This document shows, piece after piece, positions 21,601 to 32,932 of a stretch of DNA of 64,000 nucleotides. The stretch is from an uncultured Planctomycetota bacterium (GTDB lineage: Bacteria; Planctomycetota; Planctomycetia; Isosphaerales; Isosphaeraceae). How positions within the stretch are numbered: the first letter of the stretch is position 1; each line of letters begins with the position of its first letter. Both the position numbers and the translations under genes were made by a program. The notes beneath the pieces were generated by a model. It was not told where the DNA came from, searched no databases, and worked only from the letters and a program-made list of their open reading frames with translations. The stretch is from assembly GCA_963845755.1 (NCBI GenBank), contig CAWJTV010000034.1, forward strand, positions 224,001 to 288,000, written 5' to 3'.

Positions 21601-22173
21601 ATGAGGCGCGCTCGATTCTCGATTCGTGGGCTGATGCTGGCGATCGTGCTGCTTGCCGCGGCCTTCGCCGCGCTCCGGACTCCTTCGCGCTTCTGGGCCA
21701 ATACCTGGTTCTCGATGGCCCTTGCCGGCGTCACGCTGGCGGTTCCCGCGGCCCTGTGCACTCGCGATGGAGACAGGGCGTTCTGGTGCGGGTTCGCCAC
21801 CTGCGGCTGGGTTTACTTCCTCGTCTCACTGGGGCCCTGGATTCACAGGGAAACCAGCTTCCAGCTCGTGACGACGACCTTGCTGGACATCGCGGCGCCG
21901 CACATCATCGAGCGGGAGTACCTGCTCCGCAGCTACATGGCCGGGTTCAACCCGCCGAGTGCCCCCCAGGCACCGACGCCCTGGCAGGTCTGGAATCTGC
22001 CGGACTTTACCGAGGGCGAGGTCTGGCACCTGGGTTATGCCACCCTCCAATGCCCAGGCCTGTATCTGCGGATCGGCCATGCGGCCCTCTGTCTCCTGCT
22101 CGCGTTCTTCGGCGGCGAGGTGGCTCGGTACGTCCATGCGTCGCACTCGGGACCAGGAGTGCCAAGTCGATGA
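21601..22173 (+). CDS. Membrane protein with planctomycete RFSIRxLM N-terminus
   Basis: MRRARFSIRGLMLAIVLLA, RAFWCGFA, IGHAALCLLLAFFGG; multiple TMs. Confidence 0.7.
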   Translation: MRRARFSIRGLMLAIVLLAAAFAALRTPSRFWANTWFSMALAGVTLAVPAALCTRDGDRAFWCGFATCGWVYFLVSLGPWIHRETSFQLVTTTLLDIAAPHIIEREYLLRSYMAGFNPPSAPQAPTPWQVWNLPDFTEGEVWHLGYATLQCPGLYLRIGHAALCLLLAFFGGEVARYVHASHSGPGVPSR

Positions 22174-22550
22174 CAGAAAGATCGGCCGTTAGGCGACGGA
22201 TTCAATTCTCGTTGCGCTCGCTCCTGGTCGTGACGGGACTTCTGGCCCTGCTCCTCACGCCTGTGGCCTGGATGGCGCGCCAGCGCGAGCAGGTGCGCCA
22301 GGCGCGCGACGAGGCCATTCGCTCCTTCTATCTGGAACAGCAGTATCGCGACGAACAGCGTAAGGGGAAGGTTGCCGAAATTGCGGCGATCGATCGGGCC
22401 GGCTCGATCCAGGCACTGCAGGACATACCTCCAAGGTCGCACGACACGACCGCTCAGATTGAGCAACTCGAGCGCGAGAACGCCGAATTGAAGAAAACGG
22501 TTGAGCTCCTCCGCCGAGAGATCCAGCGGCGGAAAGACCTGAACCGTTGA
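22170..22550 (+). CDS. Membrane-anchored coiled-coil protein with QFSLRSLL N-terminus
   Basis: ATGA overlap with the upstream gene; RIQFSLRSLLVVTGLLALLL; C-terminal IEQLERENAELKK. Confidence 0.65.
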   Translation: MTERSAVRRRIQFSLRSLLVVTGLLALLLTPVAWMARQREQVRQARDEAIRSFYLEQQYRDEQRKGKVAEIAAIDRAGSIQALQDIPPRSHDTTAQIEQLERENAELKKTVELLRREIQRRKDLNR

Positions 22551-22609
22551 AGCGGATCGCGAGCCGGCCCCGCGTTCGAACCCTCCGATAGCCCCTGGTG
22601 GCTGCCCCT

Positions 22610-22638
22610 TTGACAAGCGGGAGTTCCAGCCGTATGAT
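22610..22638 (+). promoter_or_regulatory. Sigma70-type promoter
   Basis: TTGACA (22610-22615), 17 bp spacer, TATGAT (22633-22638), immediately 5' of the riboswitch. Confidence 0.8.
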
Positions 22639-22652
22639 CTCGGATGCTTCGG

Positions 22653-22850
22653 GTGCGGGTGGCCGAGCGTCGCGGTCTGCGACGGCCGGCAAACAGGGAA
22701 TCCGGTGTGAATCCGGAACGGTCCCGCCGCTGTAACCGAGCGTCCAAGGGCTCCGCCCCTCTTTTGCCATTGTCGCGCCGGCCTGGAAGCAGGCTGGACC
22801 GATGAGAAGGCCGGGAGCCCCAGCTCGGAAGTCAGAAGACCTACCCCCAC
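22653..22850 (+). ncRNA. Cobalamin (B12) riboswitch
   Basis: AACAGGGAATCCGGTGTGAATCCGGAACGGTCCCGCCGCTGTAA, GCCATTG...GAGAAGG, B12-box-like AAGTCAGAAGACCTACC; 22653-22662 pairs with 22841-22850. Confidence 0.92.
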
Positions 22851-23011
22851 CGACGTCGGTGCGACTCCGCGAGGGACGGAGAGCCCGGACCAAACCCCTC
22901 ACCACGAGGAGCCGGAATCGGCGTCGCGACGCGGATCGATGCACCCCCCTGCCCCGTACCGGGCGGGGTGCTCGGCACGATGTGCGCCGCGTCTCGCCCG
23001 CTGGTAGATCC

Positions 23012-23237
23012 ATGAATGGGAACACGATCGGTCGTTCGCGCACGCGCTGGTTCAGCGCCTCGATGAGTTCTGGCCTGATGCTGATCGCCCTCGCATTGGG
23101 GGGCTGCGGCAACTCGTCCGACGTGATGGAGATCCCCGAAGGCGCACGCACGTCGGCGCTCCAGAAGAAGGTCGATGTCCAGCCACGAGCCGTGAAGTCA
23201 TCGAAGCCCGGACAGCGGCCCGCCGAACGGCCGTTGA
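23012..23237 (+). CDS. Small lipoprotein (3' end uncertain; a frameshift is likely near 23215-23235)
   Basis: GLMLIALALGGC lipobox; first gene after the riboswitch. The uncorrected frame runs on to 23548, into the next gene. Confidence 0.6.
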
Positions 23238-23297
23238 CCGAGGTGCCGCTCCAGCAACCCCGGATCCTCACCAATCGCAAGATCGAGAGAACTTCTG

Positions 23298-24520
23298 ATG
23301 AACATGCAGCGATGTTCCGTTCCAGACCGATGGACGGGCGACTTCCTGGACAGTCATCGGGCACTGCGCGATCGAGCGCATCGTCCGCGCACCGGCTTCA
23401 CCCTGATCGAGCTGCTGGTGGTGATCGCGATCATCGCCGTCCTGATTGCCCTGCTGTTACCGGCCGTGCAGGCGGCGCGCGAGGCTGCCCGCCGTGCCCA
23501 GTGCGTGAACAACCTGAAGCAGCTTTCCCTGGCACTTTCCAATTATGAGAGCGCCAATGGGATCTATGCCTACGGCATGGCGCGGGAGAGCTGTGGGCCG
23601 AACTGCGCGTTCTCTGCCCCCAACAGTTATTATGTCGGCAGCAGCCTGTTCGTTCGGATGCTCCCCTTCATCGAGCAGCAGGCGCTGGCCAACGCTTACA
23701 ACTATAGCCTGATCAACTGGACGGCCGACAACGGTACGGCCGGCGGGACGGGGCTGGCGGCCCTCTGGTGCCCCAGCGACGGGTCGATCGCCGGCTTGAG
23801 GTCCACGTTCGCCGGCTGGGGCTGGGACGGCTCGACGCAGACCCTGGTTTACACCAGCTACGCGGGCAACATGGGGACGTTCTGCAAGGTCCCGATCTCG
23901 ATCACATCGCCGGCGCAGCATCAGGCCGTGTTGAACCAGGCCAACGGCCTGTTCTTCTACCTCGGCTGGCCGGATTGGAATCCCCCGCGCAGCCCGACCC
24001 GATCACTCCGCTGAACCCCGGCAGCGTCCGGCCCGCGACGCTAGCCTCGATCACCGACGGGCTCAGCAACACCTTCGCCTTTGGCGAGAAGGCTCATGGC
24101 AAGTTCAGCCAGGTTCCCGACATCTATTATTCGATCGACTACTATTACTACGGTGCCTGGGTCTCCGGCGGCTTCGGCGACACGCTGTTCACCACGCTCT
24201 ATCCCATGAACCCATTCAACCGGATCGGCGACGATCCTAACGGCGATTTCTTCTACAGCTTCGACGCCCAGGAGGACAACTTCTCCATCGCCGCGTCGAG
24301 CTTCCATCCCGGCGGCTGCAATTTCGCATTCCTCGACGGCTCGGTCCACTTCGTCAAGGAGACGATCAATACCTGGCCATACAGCCCGACCAACGGGGCA
24401 CCGACGAACGTGAGCTATAACGCGGCGACGGGCCTCTTCACGGCCGGCCCCCCATCGGGAGTTTACCAGTCACTCTCGACGCGAGCCGGGAGTGAGATCG
24501 TGAGCGCGGATCAGTATTGA
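23298..24520 (+). CDS. DUF1559 prepilin-type protein with H-X9-DG C-terminal motif (frameshift near 23985)
   Basis: [80 protein letters not shown]. Confidence 0.93.
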
Positions 24521-24610
24521 TGCGGCTCTCATGATCAACGGTCGAAAGAAGTGCCTCCGCTCCTGGGCTCCTCGCCGGTCGGAGATCAACAGATGAACGG
24601 GGCGGAGGTC

Positions 24611-25276
24611 TCAGCTTTCTGGCGTGAGGCCCAGTACGATGTCGAACTTCGCGGCGAGTTCGCCGATCCGCGACCCTTTGACCGGCACGAAGTCCACGGG
24701 GAGCATCTGGCCGCCCTTGGCCTGAGTGGCGCGGCGGTAGATGTTGTCCTTCTCGTTGCCGGCATGACCCTTGACGAAGCACTCGGTGGTGAGCAGTTCC
24801 TTCCGGCCCTTCCAGATCTTGAAATGGATGTGCGCGGCCGGCCGGCCGGTATACGGCACCGGCTTGATGGTCCGGAAGTAATACTCCCCGGTCGAACCGG
24901 TGAGGAACCGTCCGAAACCCTGGAAGTTGGTATCGAACTTGGCCTGGTCGTCGATGTGCGGCTTGAGGTAATTCCCGTCGCGGTCGCACTGCCAGAGCTC
25001 AACGACGGCGTTGCGGATCGGGTCGCCATGCGTGTCGAGGATGCGACCGCTCAGGTGCGTGACCGCTCCCACGGCGGGGGTGATGCCGTCGTTGATGATG
25101 AGCAGGTCGTTATCAGTATCGAGCGGCAGCTTGGTCGGGTAGTACGGCCCCTCCTGGATACGAGGCGTACGGGTCAACTCCTCGGCGAAGGCGCCTCGGG
25201 TCGTGAAAGCCGCGGTGCCGAGCGCGAGGGTGCCGAGGAAGGCGCGCCGACTGGGAAGCGTGATGGCGTCGTTCAT
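24611..25276 (-). CDS. Tat-exported intradiol ring-cleavage dioxygenase family protein
   Basis: SRRAFL Tat motif; EGPYYP, VELWQCDRDGNY, FRTIKPVPYTGRPAAHIHFK. Confidence 0.88.
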   Translation of the reverse strand: MNDAITLPSRRAFLGTLALGTAAFTTRGAFAEELTRTPRIQEGPYYPTKLPLDTDNDLLIINDGITPAVGAVTHLSGRILDTHGDPIRNAVVELWQCDRDGNYLKPHIDDQAKFDTNFQGFGRFLTGSTGEYYFRTIKPVPYTGRPAAHIHFKIWKGRKELLTTECFVKGHAGNEKDNIYRRATQAKGGQMLPVDFVPVKGSRIGELAAKFDIVLGLTPES

Positions 25277-25438
25277 CGAAAAGGCTCCTGGAGTGGGAGG
25301 TTCGGTTCGCCGACGGATCGAGACCCTGATGGTAGCTCTGTGTCGCGCCCAGGATCAACCCTCAACACCATCTTGCCGGGAAACGGCCGTTTGTCATAGG
25401 CTGCACCGGCGCAACAACTCTCTTCGTGGGGAGCAGCC

Positions 25439-26380
25439 ATGCCCATTCGCGTGTTTCAGCCTGGCGACGAGCCCGCACAGGCGCAGATCTATAACCTGAC
25501 CGCCGGCTCCTTGCCGGGCTTCAAGCCGGCCACGGCCGAGGAGATCGTCCGCCGCTATGCCCGGGCCGAGCCCGATGCCGGATCGCGGTATTATGCCGTC
25601 GATCGCGGCGAAATCGTCGGCTACGCCGGGTTCTCACTCAACGGCCGCATCAGCTACCCATGGTGCCTACCCGGGGCCGACGCCGCGCGCGAACCGCTGC
25701 TCCAGACGGTCCTCTCAGCCATGAAGGAGCGGAACATCCCGGAAGCCTGGGCCGCTTACCGCGCCGACTGGTCTCCCGTGCTGGGGTTTCTCCGCGGGCA
25801 CGGCTTCCTCGATAAGCGGCAGATGATCAACTACGTGGCCGAGGTCTCACAGCTCCTCCCGGATACGGCCTTACCTCCCGACCGGGTCATCGAGCCAATG
25901 AGTTCCGTCGCGCTAGGTATTCTCAACGATCTGGCACCCGTTCTGTACTCCGGGGAAGAGCCACAGGCATTCCAGCGATTCTATGAGAAGAATCCCTTCC
26001 ACGATTTCTCGGGCGAGCTCTTCGCCTTGAAGGAAGCGGGAACCGGCACGACACTGGGAATCGCCCACCTCGTCATCGAGGAGCATTTCTCCGATCCGAC
26101 CAAGATCGACCCCGCCATGCCCTGCTTCCGTTTCGGAGCGTTTGGAACCGAGCGCGAACGACACAAGCGCGTCAACGGCCTCTTCTCGACCGTGTTCGCC
26201 GGCGAGATCGATGGTGAGCTCTTGCTCTCGTGGCTGGTCCGCACGCGAGCCCGGCCCGCCGGACTCACGCACATCGCGGCCCAGGCGCCTTCCGATGTGC
26301 CCGCTCTCTGTGCCCTGTACGGCCGGTTTTTCCAACGACAGGGCGCATTCCCGATCCTCTCGCGACGGTTGCAGGACTGA
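25439..26380 (+). CDS. GNAT-fold hypothetical protein
   Basis: IRVFQPGDE...YAVDRGEIVGYAGF; intact 313-aa ORF. Confidence 0.6.
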   Translation: MPIRVFQPGDEPAQAQIYNLTAGSLPGFKPATAEEIVRRYARAEPDAGSRYYAVDRGEIVGYAGFSLNGRISYPWCLPGADAAREPLLQTVLSAMKERNIPEAWAAYRADWSPVLGFLRGHGFLDKRQMINYVAEVSQLLPDTALPPDRVIEPMSSVALGILNDLAPVLYSGEEPQAFQRFYEKNPFHDFSGELFALKEAGTGTTLGIAHLVIEEHFSDPTKIDPAMPCFRFGAFGTERERHKRVNGLFSTVFAGEIDGELLLSWLVRTRARPAGLTHIAAQAPSDVPALCALYGRFFQRQGAFPILSRRLQD

Positions 26381-26458
26381 GGGTCCCAGCGATTCTCATC
26401 CCAGGACCTGTCCCATTCCCATTGGGATTCGTGGACGTCTTCCTCGGGGAGGATTGCC

Positions 26459-26755
26459 GTGGCGACCTGGATGATGGTCGGGTGGGTGCTCATCATTGCC
26501 CTCGGTCTGAGTTCGATCTACGGACTGCACCGACTCGGGCTGTGGATGGAAGAACGCGGATACATCTATTATCTGCATAAGAAGCCGAAGGGCGGCAGCG
26601 CGATCGGTTCCCTGGTCGCGTTCCAGCGGGCGATCGAGCCACGCGCGGAGTATGTGATTCAGGCAGAGCAGGTGAACCAGGAGATCGCCGAGGAGGGCGC
26701 CTCGGGGCAAGGCGACACCGACGAGGGGAATTCGTCGCCCGTCACGTCGCCTTGA
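26459..26755 (+). CDS. Small single-TM hypothetical protein
   Basis: TM followed by LHRLGLWMEERGYIYY; GGAGG RBS upstream. Confidence 0.6.
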   Translation: MATWMMVGWVLIIALGLSSIYGLHRLGLWMEERGYIYYLHKKPKGGSAIGSLVAFQRAIEPRAEYVIQAEQVNQEIAEEGASGQGDTDEGNSSPVTSP

Positions 26756-26780
26756 GATGACCTGTGGTCCCAACCCCGAT

Positions 26781-28262
<1,482 letters not shown>

Positions 28263-28285
28263 GGCGGAACCTCCGGCATTCTGTT

Positions 28286-30541
28286 TCAGGGGATATAGAT
28301 AAATTCATTCATGCCGACGAGGGCCTGGCAGAAATCGACGAGTGCCCGCCGGTCCGGATCCGGCCGGCCGTCGCGGGCATAGGCCGCGCGCTGGGCGGCG
28401 AGGAACGCAGCGGCGAGCCGGGACTCGGTTACGGTCGGCTCGCGGCCGAAGGCGATCCGATAGGCCCGCGTCACGGCGGATGCCGGATCGCCGCCGTCTG
28501 CAATTCGTCCCGCGAATCCCTCGGCGCAATGCCGGGCTAGCCCGCTGTTGAGCATCGCCAGGGCCTGGGGTGCCGTCGTCGTCGTGCTCCTCTGGCCGAT
28601 GCTCACGAGGTGCTCGGGCCAGTCGAAAAGCATCATCATCGGGATGAGCCGGCTCCGCTTGATGAAGAAATAAACGCTCCGGCGCGGCATTTCCAGGTCG
28701 AGCACGCCCGATCCGTACATCCGTCGGTCCAATCGTCCAGCGACGGCCAGCATCGCGTCGCGTATCGGCTCGGCCTCGAGTCGGCGCGGTGTGTGTCGCC
28801 ACCGGAACACATTCTCGCGATCGATGGCTGCGCGCGATTCGTCGTGCCGGCTGTCCTGCATGTAGACGGCACTCGTCACAATCAGTCGATGAATGGGCTT
28901 CAGCCGCCAACCGTTGGCGATTACAGCGTTCGCGAGCCAGTCGAGAAGCTCGGGGTGGGACGGCCGGCTCCCCTGCGCCCGAAATCGTTGGGTGTGGCGA
29001 CGATCCCCTGGCCGAAGTGGTACTGCCAGAGCCGGTTGACGATCACCCGCGCGGCGAGTTGGCCGGCCCCGTACTCGGTATCCGTGAGCCATCCGGCGAG
29101 CGCCGCGCGTCGGTAGCTGGTCGGATGTGCGTGTGCGACCGTCGGCTCGACCTTCCAGCGCGCGGGATTCGTCCTCTCGCCTAGCAGGATCCGGAGCACC
29201 CCAGGCGTCGCCTCGCTCACCTTCTGGGCGACATCGCCCCGGCGCAGGATGTACGTCTTGGGATAGAAGTGAGGGAATCCGCGATCGTCGGCATGGTGCT
29301 TCGTATGTGGGTAGCCCTCGGCGGTGACCTGCACCTTCACGGGCTTGACGCCGGGACCGGACGCGACCTCGATCTCGCTACGGATGGTGGTCGTGAACGC
29401 GGCGGCAATCCGGTAGTAGTCTTCGGAGGAGATCGGGTCGAACTTGTGATCGTGGCATCGCGCCAGCCGACCGAGAGGCCCAGGAACGCGACGCCGGTCG
29501 TCGCGACCATGTCGTCGAGCTCGTTATACCGGGCCGATTCGAATTCGGCCTCGGTTAACTGCGTCGGAAACGCGCCGGCGCCAGGAACCCGGTCGCGGCC
29601 ATGGCCAGTGGGTCATCAGGCGCCAGCTCGTCACCCGCGAGTTGCCAGTGGACGAGCTGGTCGTAAGGCATGTCTTCGTTGAAGGCGCGGATCAAGAAGT
29701 CGCGATAGTGGAAGGCGAACGGCCGATCGTAGTCCTGCTCGTAGCCGTGCGACTCGGCAAACCGGGCCACGTCCATCCAGTGGCAGGCGAAGCGTTCTCC
29801 GTGATCGGGCGACGCCAGCAAGCGATCGACGAGGCGCTCATAGGCATCGGGCGCCGGATCGTTGACGAAAGCGTCGATCTCTGCGGGAGACGGAGGCAAG
29901 CCGGTCAGGTCGAAGGCGACGCGTCGGATCAAGGTGCGTCGGTCGGCGCTGGAATTCGGCTTGAGACCGCGACGCTCCAGCGCGGCGAGGATGAAGCGGT
30001 CGACGGGCGTGCGGACCCAGTCCGTGCTGCGCACCGAGGGGGTCGAAACGACGGCCAACGGCCGGAACGACCAGAAGTCCTTGTTGGGCTGAGTGGGTCC
30101 TCCCATCGCGCCCGCCGTGGGAGCCCGATCCACGAGCGGCCGGTCATACGGGGCGCCGAGGTCGATCCATCGGGAGATCTCGGCGATCGTGGTATCGGGA
30201 AGCTTCGCGCCCTTCTGGGGCATGTGCGGATCTTCATCGTGCCGGATCAGCGCGGCGAGCCGGCTCTCCTTGCCGCCTCCTTCGAGCACGCCGCTTTCGA
30301 CGAGGGGCTTGCGGTCCGAGAGGTCCAGTCCGCCCTTCTTCGCCTTGCTGCCGTGGCAGTCGAGGCAGTGCTCGATGAGCACGGGTCGGACCTTCGCCTT
30401 GAACACCGCGAGCCCCTGCTGCATTTTCTGGGCATGGTCCGGCGGTACGCGACTCGGCGTGTCGTCCGCTTCCAGCGAAGGCGCCAGCCCCATCAGGCTG
30501 AGGACCAGGACGGTGAGGCCAGGCGGGATTCGGATTCTCAT
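28286..30541 (-). CDS. Planctomycete cytochrome c / DUF1549 / DUF1553 protein (several frameshifts)
   Basis: CLDCH heme motif, [74 protein letters not shown]. Confidence 0.9.
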
Positions 30542-30798
30542 GGCGGATGTTCGGTTCCTGTCCGGATGGGGGACTCGACGCATCGCGGCGCTTCTCATCA
30601 GTCCGCGCGATCTCTCGTTCCCATTGTCTGAAGGACTGGTGCCGATTCCTAGTCCTCTTCGGCCGCGGACGATCAGGGGGGGAGTCCGGACACCCGCTCC
30701 CAGTGTTCCGCGCGGATTCGTCGCCCACGCCTTCGCGCCATGTCTCGCCGGTCGGACGCACCTCGTGGCGACCGAGGTGCAGCTTACTCAGAGTCTTC

Positions 30799-30936
30799 CG
30801 CCCTAGGATCCCTGCCCCGTGCGCGCATCCGGGGGATCGTCGATTCCGAATTCCGGATTCCCGAATCCTTTTCATCCGCAATCCGGAATTGGGAATCGTG
30901 AATCCTTCTTTGCTTTCGGCCGAAGGCCGCGTTAGG
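30799..30936. mobile_element. Hairpin-plus-heptamer repeat copy D, inserted in a receiver-domain coding region
   Basis: Same architecture as copy B, ending tttcggccgaaggccgcgttagg; separates RILMVDDYSANA from [13 protein letters not shown]. Confidence 0.6.
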
Positions 30937-32788
30937 CATTGGCGGAGTAATCGTCCACCATGAGAATCCGCCTTGGGGCAGGGCGCGGGCGGCGCGATTC
31001 TCACGTGAATCGCCGGTGGCAGGAGCCGGCGACTCGCTCAGTCCCGGCAGCCGGACCACAAACTCGCTGCCGCGGTTGGCCCCTCCACTGTGGGCCTCGA
31101 CACTTCCGCCATGCATCTCGACGAGTTCACGCACGAGCGTCAGACCCACTCCCAGGCCCCCCTGAGAACGGTCGATGGACCGGTCGATCTGCGTGAAGAG
31201 GTCGAAGACGCTGCCGATCTTCTCCGGCGCGATGCCGATCCCGTTGTCGCAGACGCGGAAGACAATCTCATCGCCGACCCGCACCACATCCAGCACGATC
31301 CGGCCGCCATCTTCGGTGTACTTCGCCGCGTTGTTGAGCAGGTTGGCGAGCACTTGCGCCAGCCGGACCAGGTCGGCCTTGACGCATTCCGGCTGCGGGG
31401 GGAGGGTGACCGTCAGCTCATGCCGTCGGGCGTCGATCAACGGCCGGCTGGTCTCGATTGCGCGCGCCACGGCGACCGAGACGTTCAACCGGTTCCAGGC
31501 GGAGCTGGATCTTGCCACCGGTGATCCGCGAGATGTCCAGCAGGTCATCCACCAGCCGGACCAGGTGCTCGACCTGTCGCGAGATCACCTCGTTGGCCCA
31601 TTCGAGTTTCGCATCGGAGGTATTCAGCAACCGGAGGATCTCGACGGCGTTGCGGATCGGCGCCAGGGGATTGCGGAGCTCGTGGGCGAGCATCGCGAGG
31701 AATTCGTTCTTGCGCCGATCGTTCTCCTGGACATCGCGATACAGCCGGGCGTTGTCGATGGCGATGGCGGCGCGGCCGGCGAGGTCGGCCGCCAGGGTGA
31801 GATCCTCCGGTCCGTACACGCGGCGATCGTCGCGGAGGGCCAGCAGGATCGCTCCGAGGATACGCCCCCGCGCGCAGAGCGGCACGGCGACCGCCGTCCG
31901 CGGCTCAAATCCGAAGCCGTGGCGGATGGGATCGGGACCGACACTCCCGCCCGGCTCGTCCCGGGTCCCTTCCCGGGCCTCGATCGGATCCGCCGAAGGG
32001 TTCGCGACGTTCGAGAAGAGGTCGGCCTCTCCACTCTCGATCACCCCACGGATCAGGCCGGAGATCGCGCCGAGATCGCGCTCATCCGCCACCGAAGCCA
32101 TCTGCACCCGAGACGACGCGCCCGCATCCGAGCCGTCCCCGGTCTCGATCCAGGCCATCTCGGTTCGCCATCGATCCGGCGCGTTCTCGACGATCAGCGC
32201 GACCGCGCACAGGTCGCCCAGGAAGGGCACGGCCTGACGCGCCAGCCCGCGCGGGATCGCTTCGTAGTCGAGCGATCGCACCAGCACGGTGCTCGCCTCG
32301 GCCAGGAACTCCGAGCGGCGCGTGGCCTCTTCGGCCGCCGCCCGTGCCGCCTGCGCCCTCGCCAGCGCAACGTGCTCCTCCGCCTGCCGCTTCACCTGCT
32401 GCGTCTTCTTGTACAAATCCACGAATACGCCAACCTTGGTCCGTAGGATCTCCGGCACCACCGGCGTGAGGATATAGTCAACCGCGCCCAGCGAATAGCC
32501 CTGGGCCGTGTGCATCTCGTCGCTGAAGGCCGTGATGAAGATGATCGGTGTATGGATGGTTTGCCGGCGGCTCCGGATCATCGCGGCCGTCTCCAGGCCG
32601 TCCATGTCCGGCATATGCACGTCCAGCAGGATCACCGCGAATTCCTTATCCAGCAGATGCCGCAGCGCCTCCCGGCCGGACCGCGCCTCGACCACGTTCT
32701 GGTCCAGCCCTTCCAGGATGGTCTCGTAGACCAGGAGTTTCTCCTCCAGGTCGTCTACCACCAGGATATTGACCTTCTCGTCGCTCAC
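30932..32788 (-). CDS. Hybrid histidine kinase (REC-GAF-HisKA-HATPase); C-terminal REC truncated; frameshift at about 31486
   Basis: NILVVDD, LLDVHMPDMDG, FLAMLAHELRNPL, QVLANLLNNAAKYT, DNGIGI, GGLGVGL. Confidence 0.9.
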
Positions 32789-32800
32789 TCGTTCGCTCCG

Positions 32801-32925
32801 GTAGGCAGCAGGCAGTCGGCAGTACGCTTTCGCGTGGGTCAAGGACAGATTGGCCCTCGAAGCGATCGCCCGTCCGCGGTATGTCTCCGGTCGTTACTGC
32901 GTAACGCCTACCGCCTACTTCCCAC
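32801..32925. repeat. Inverted heptamer arrays (GGCAGYM versus GCCTACY) between the two kinase genes
   Basis: gtaggcagcaggcagtcggcagtac ... cgcctaccgcctacttcccac. Confidence 0.5.
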
Positions 32926-32932
32926 GATTCTT

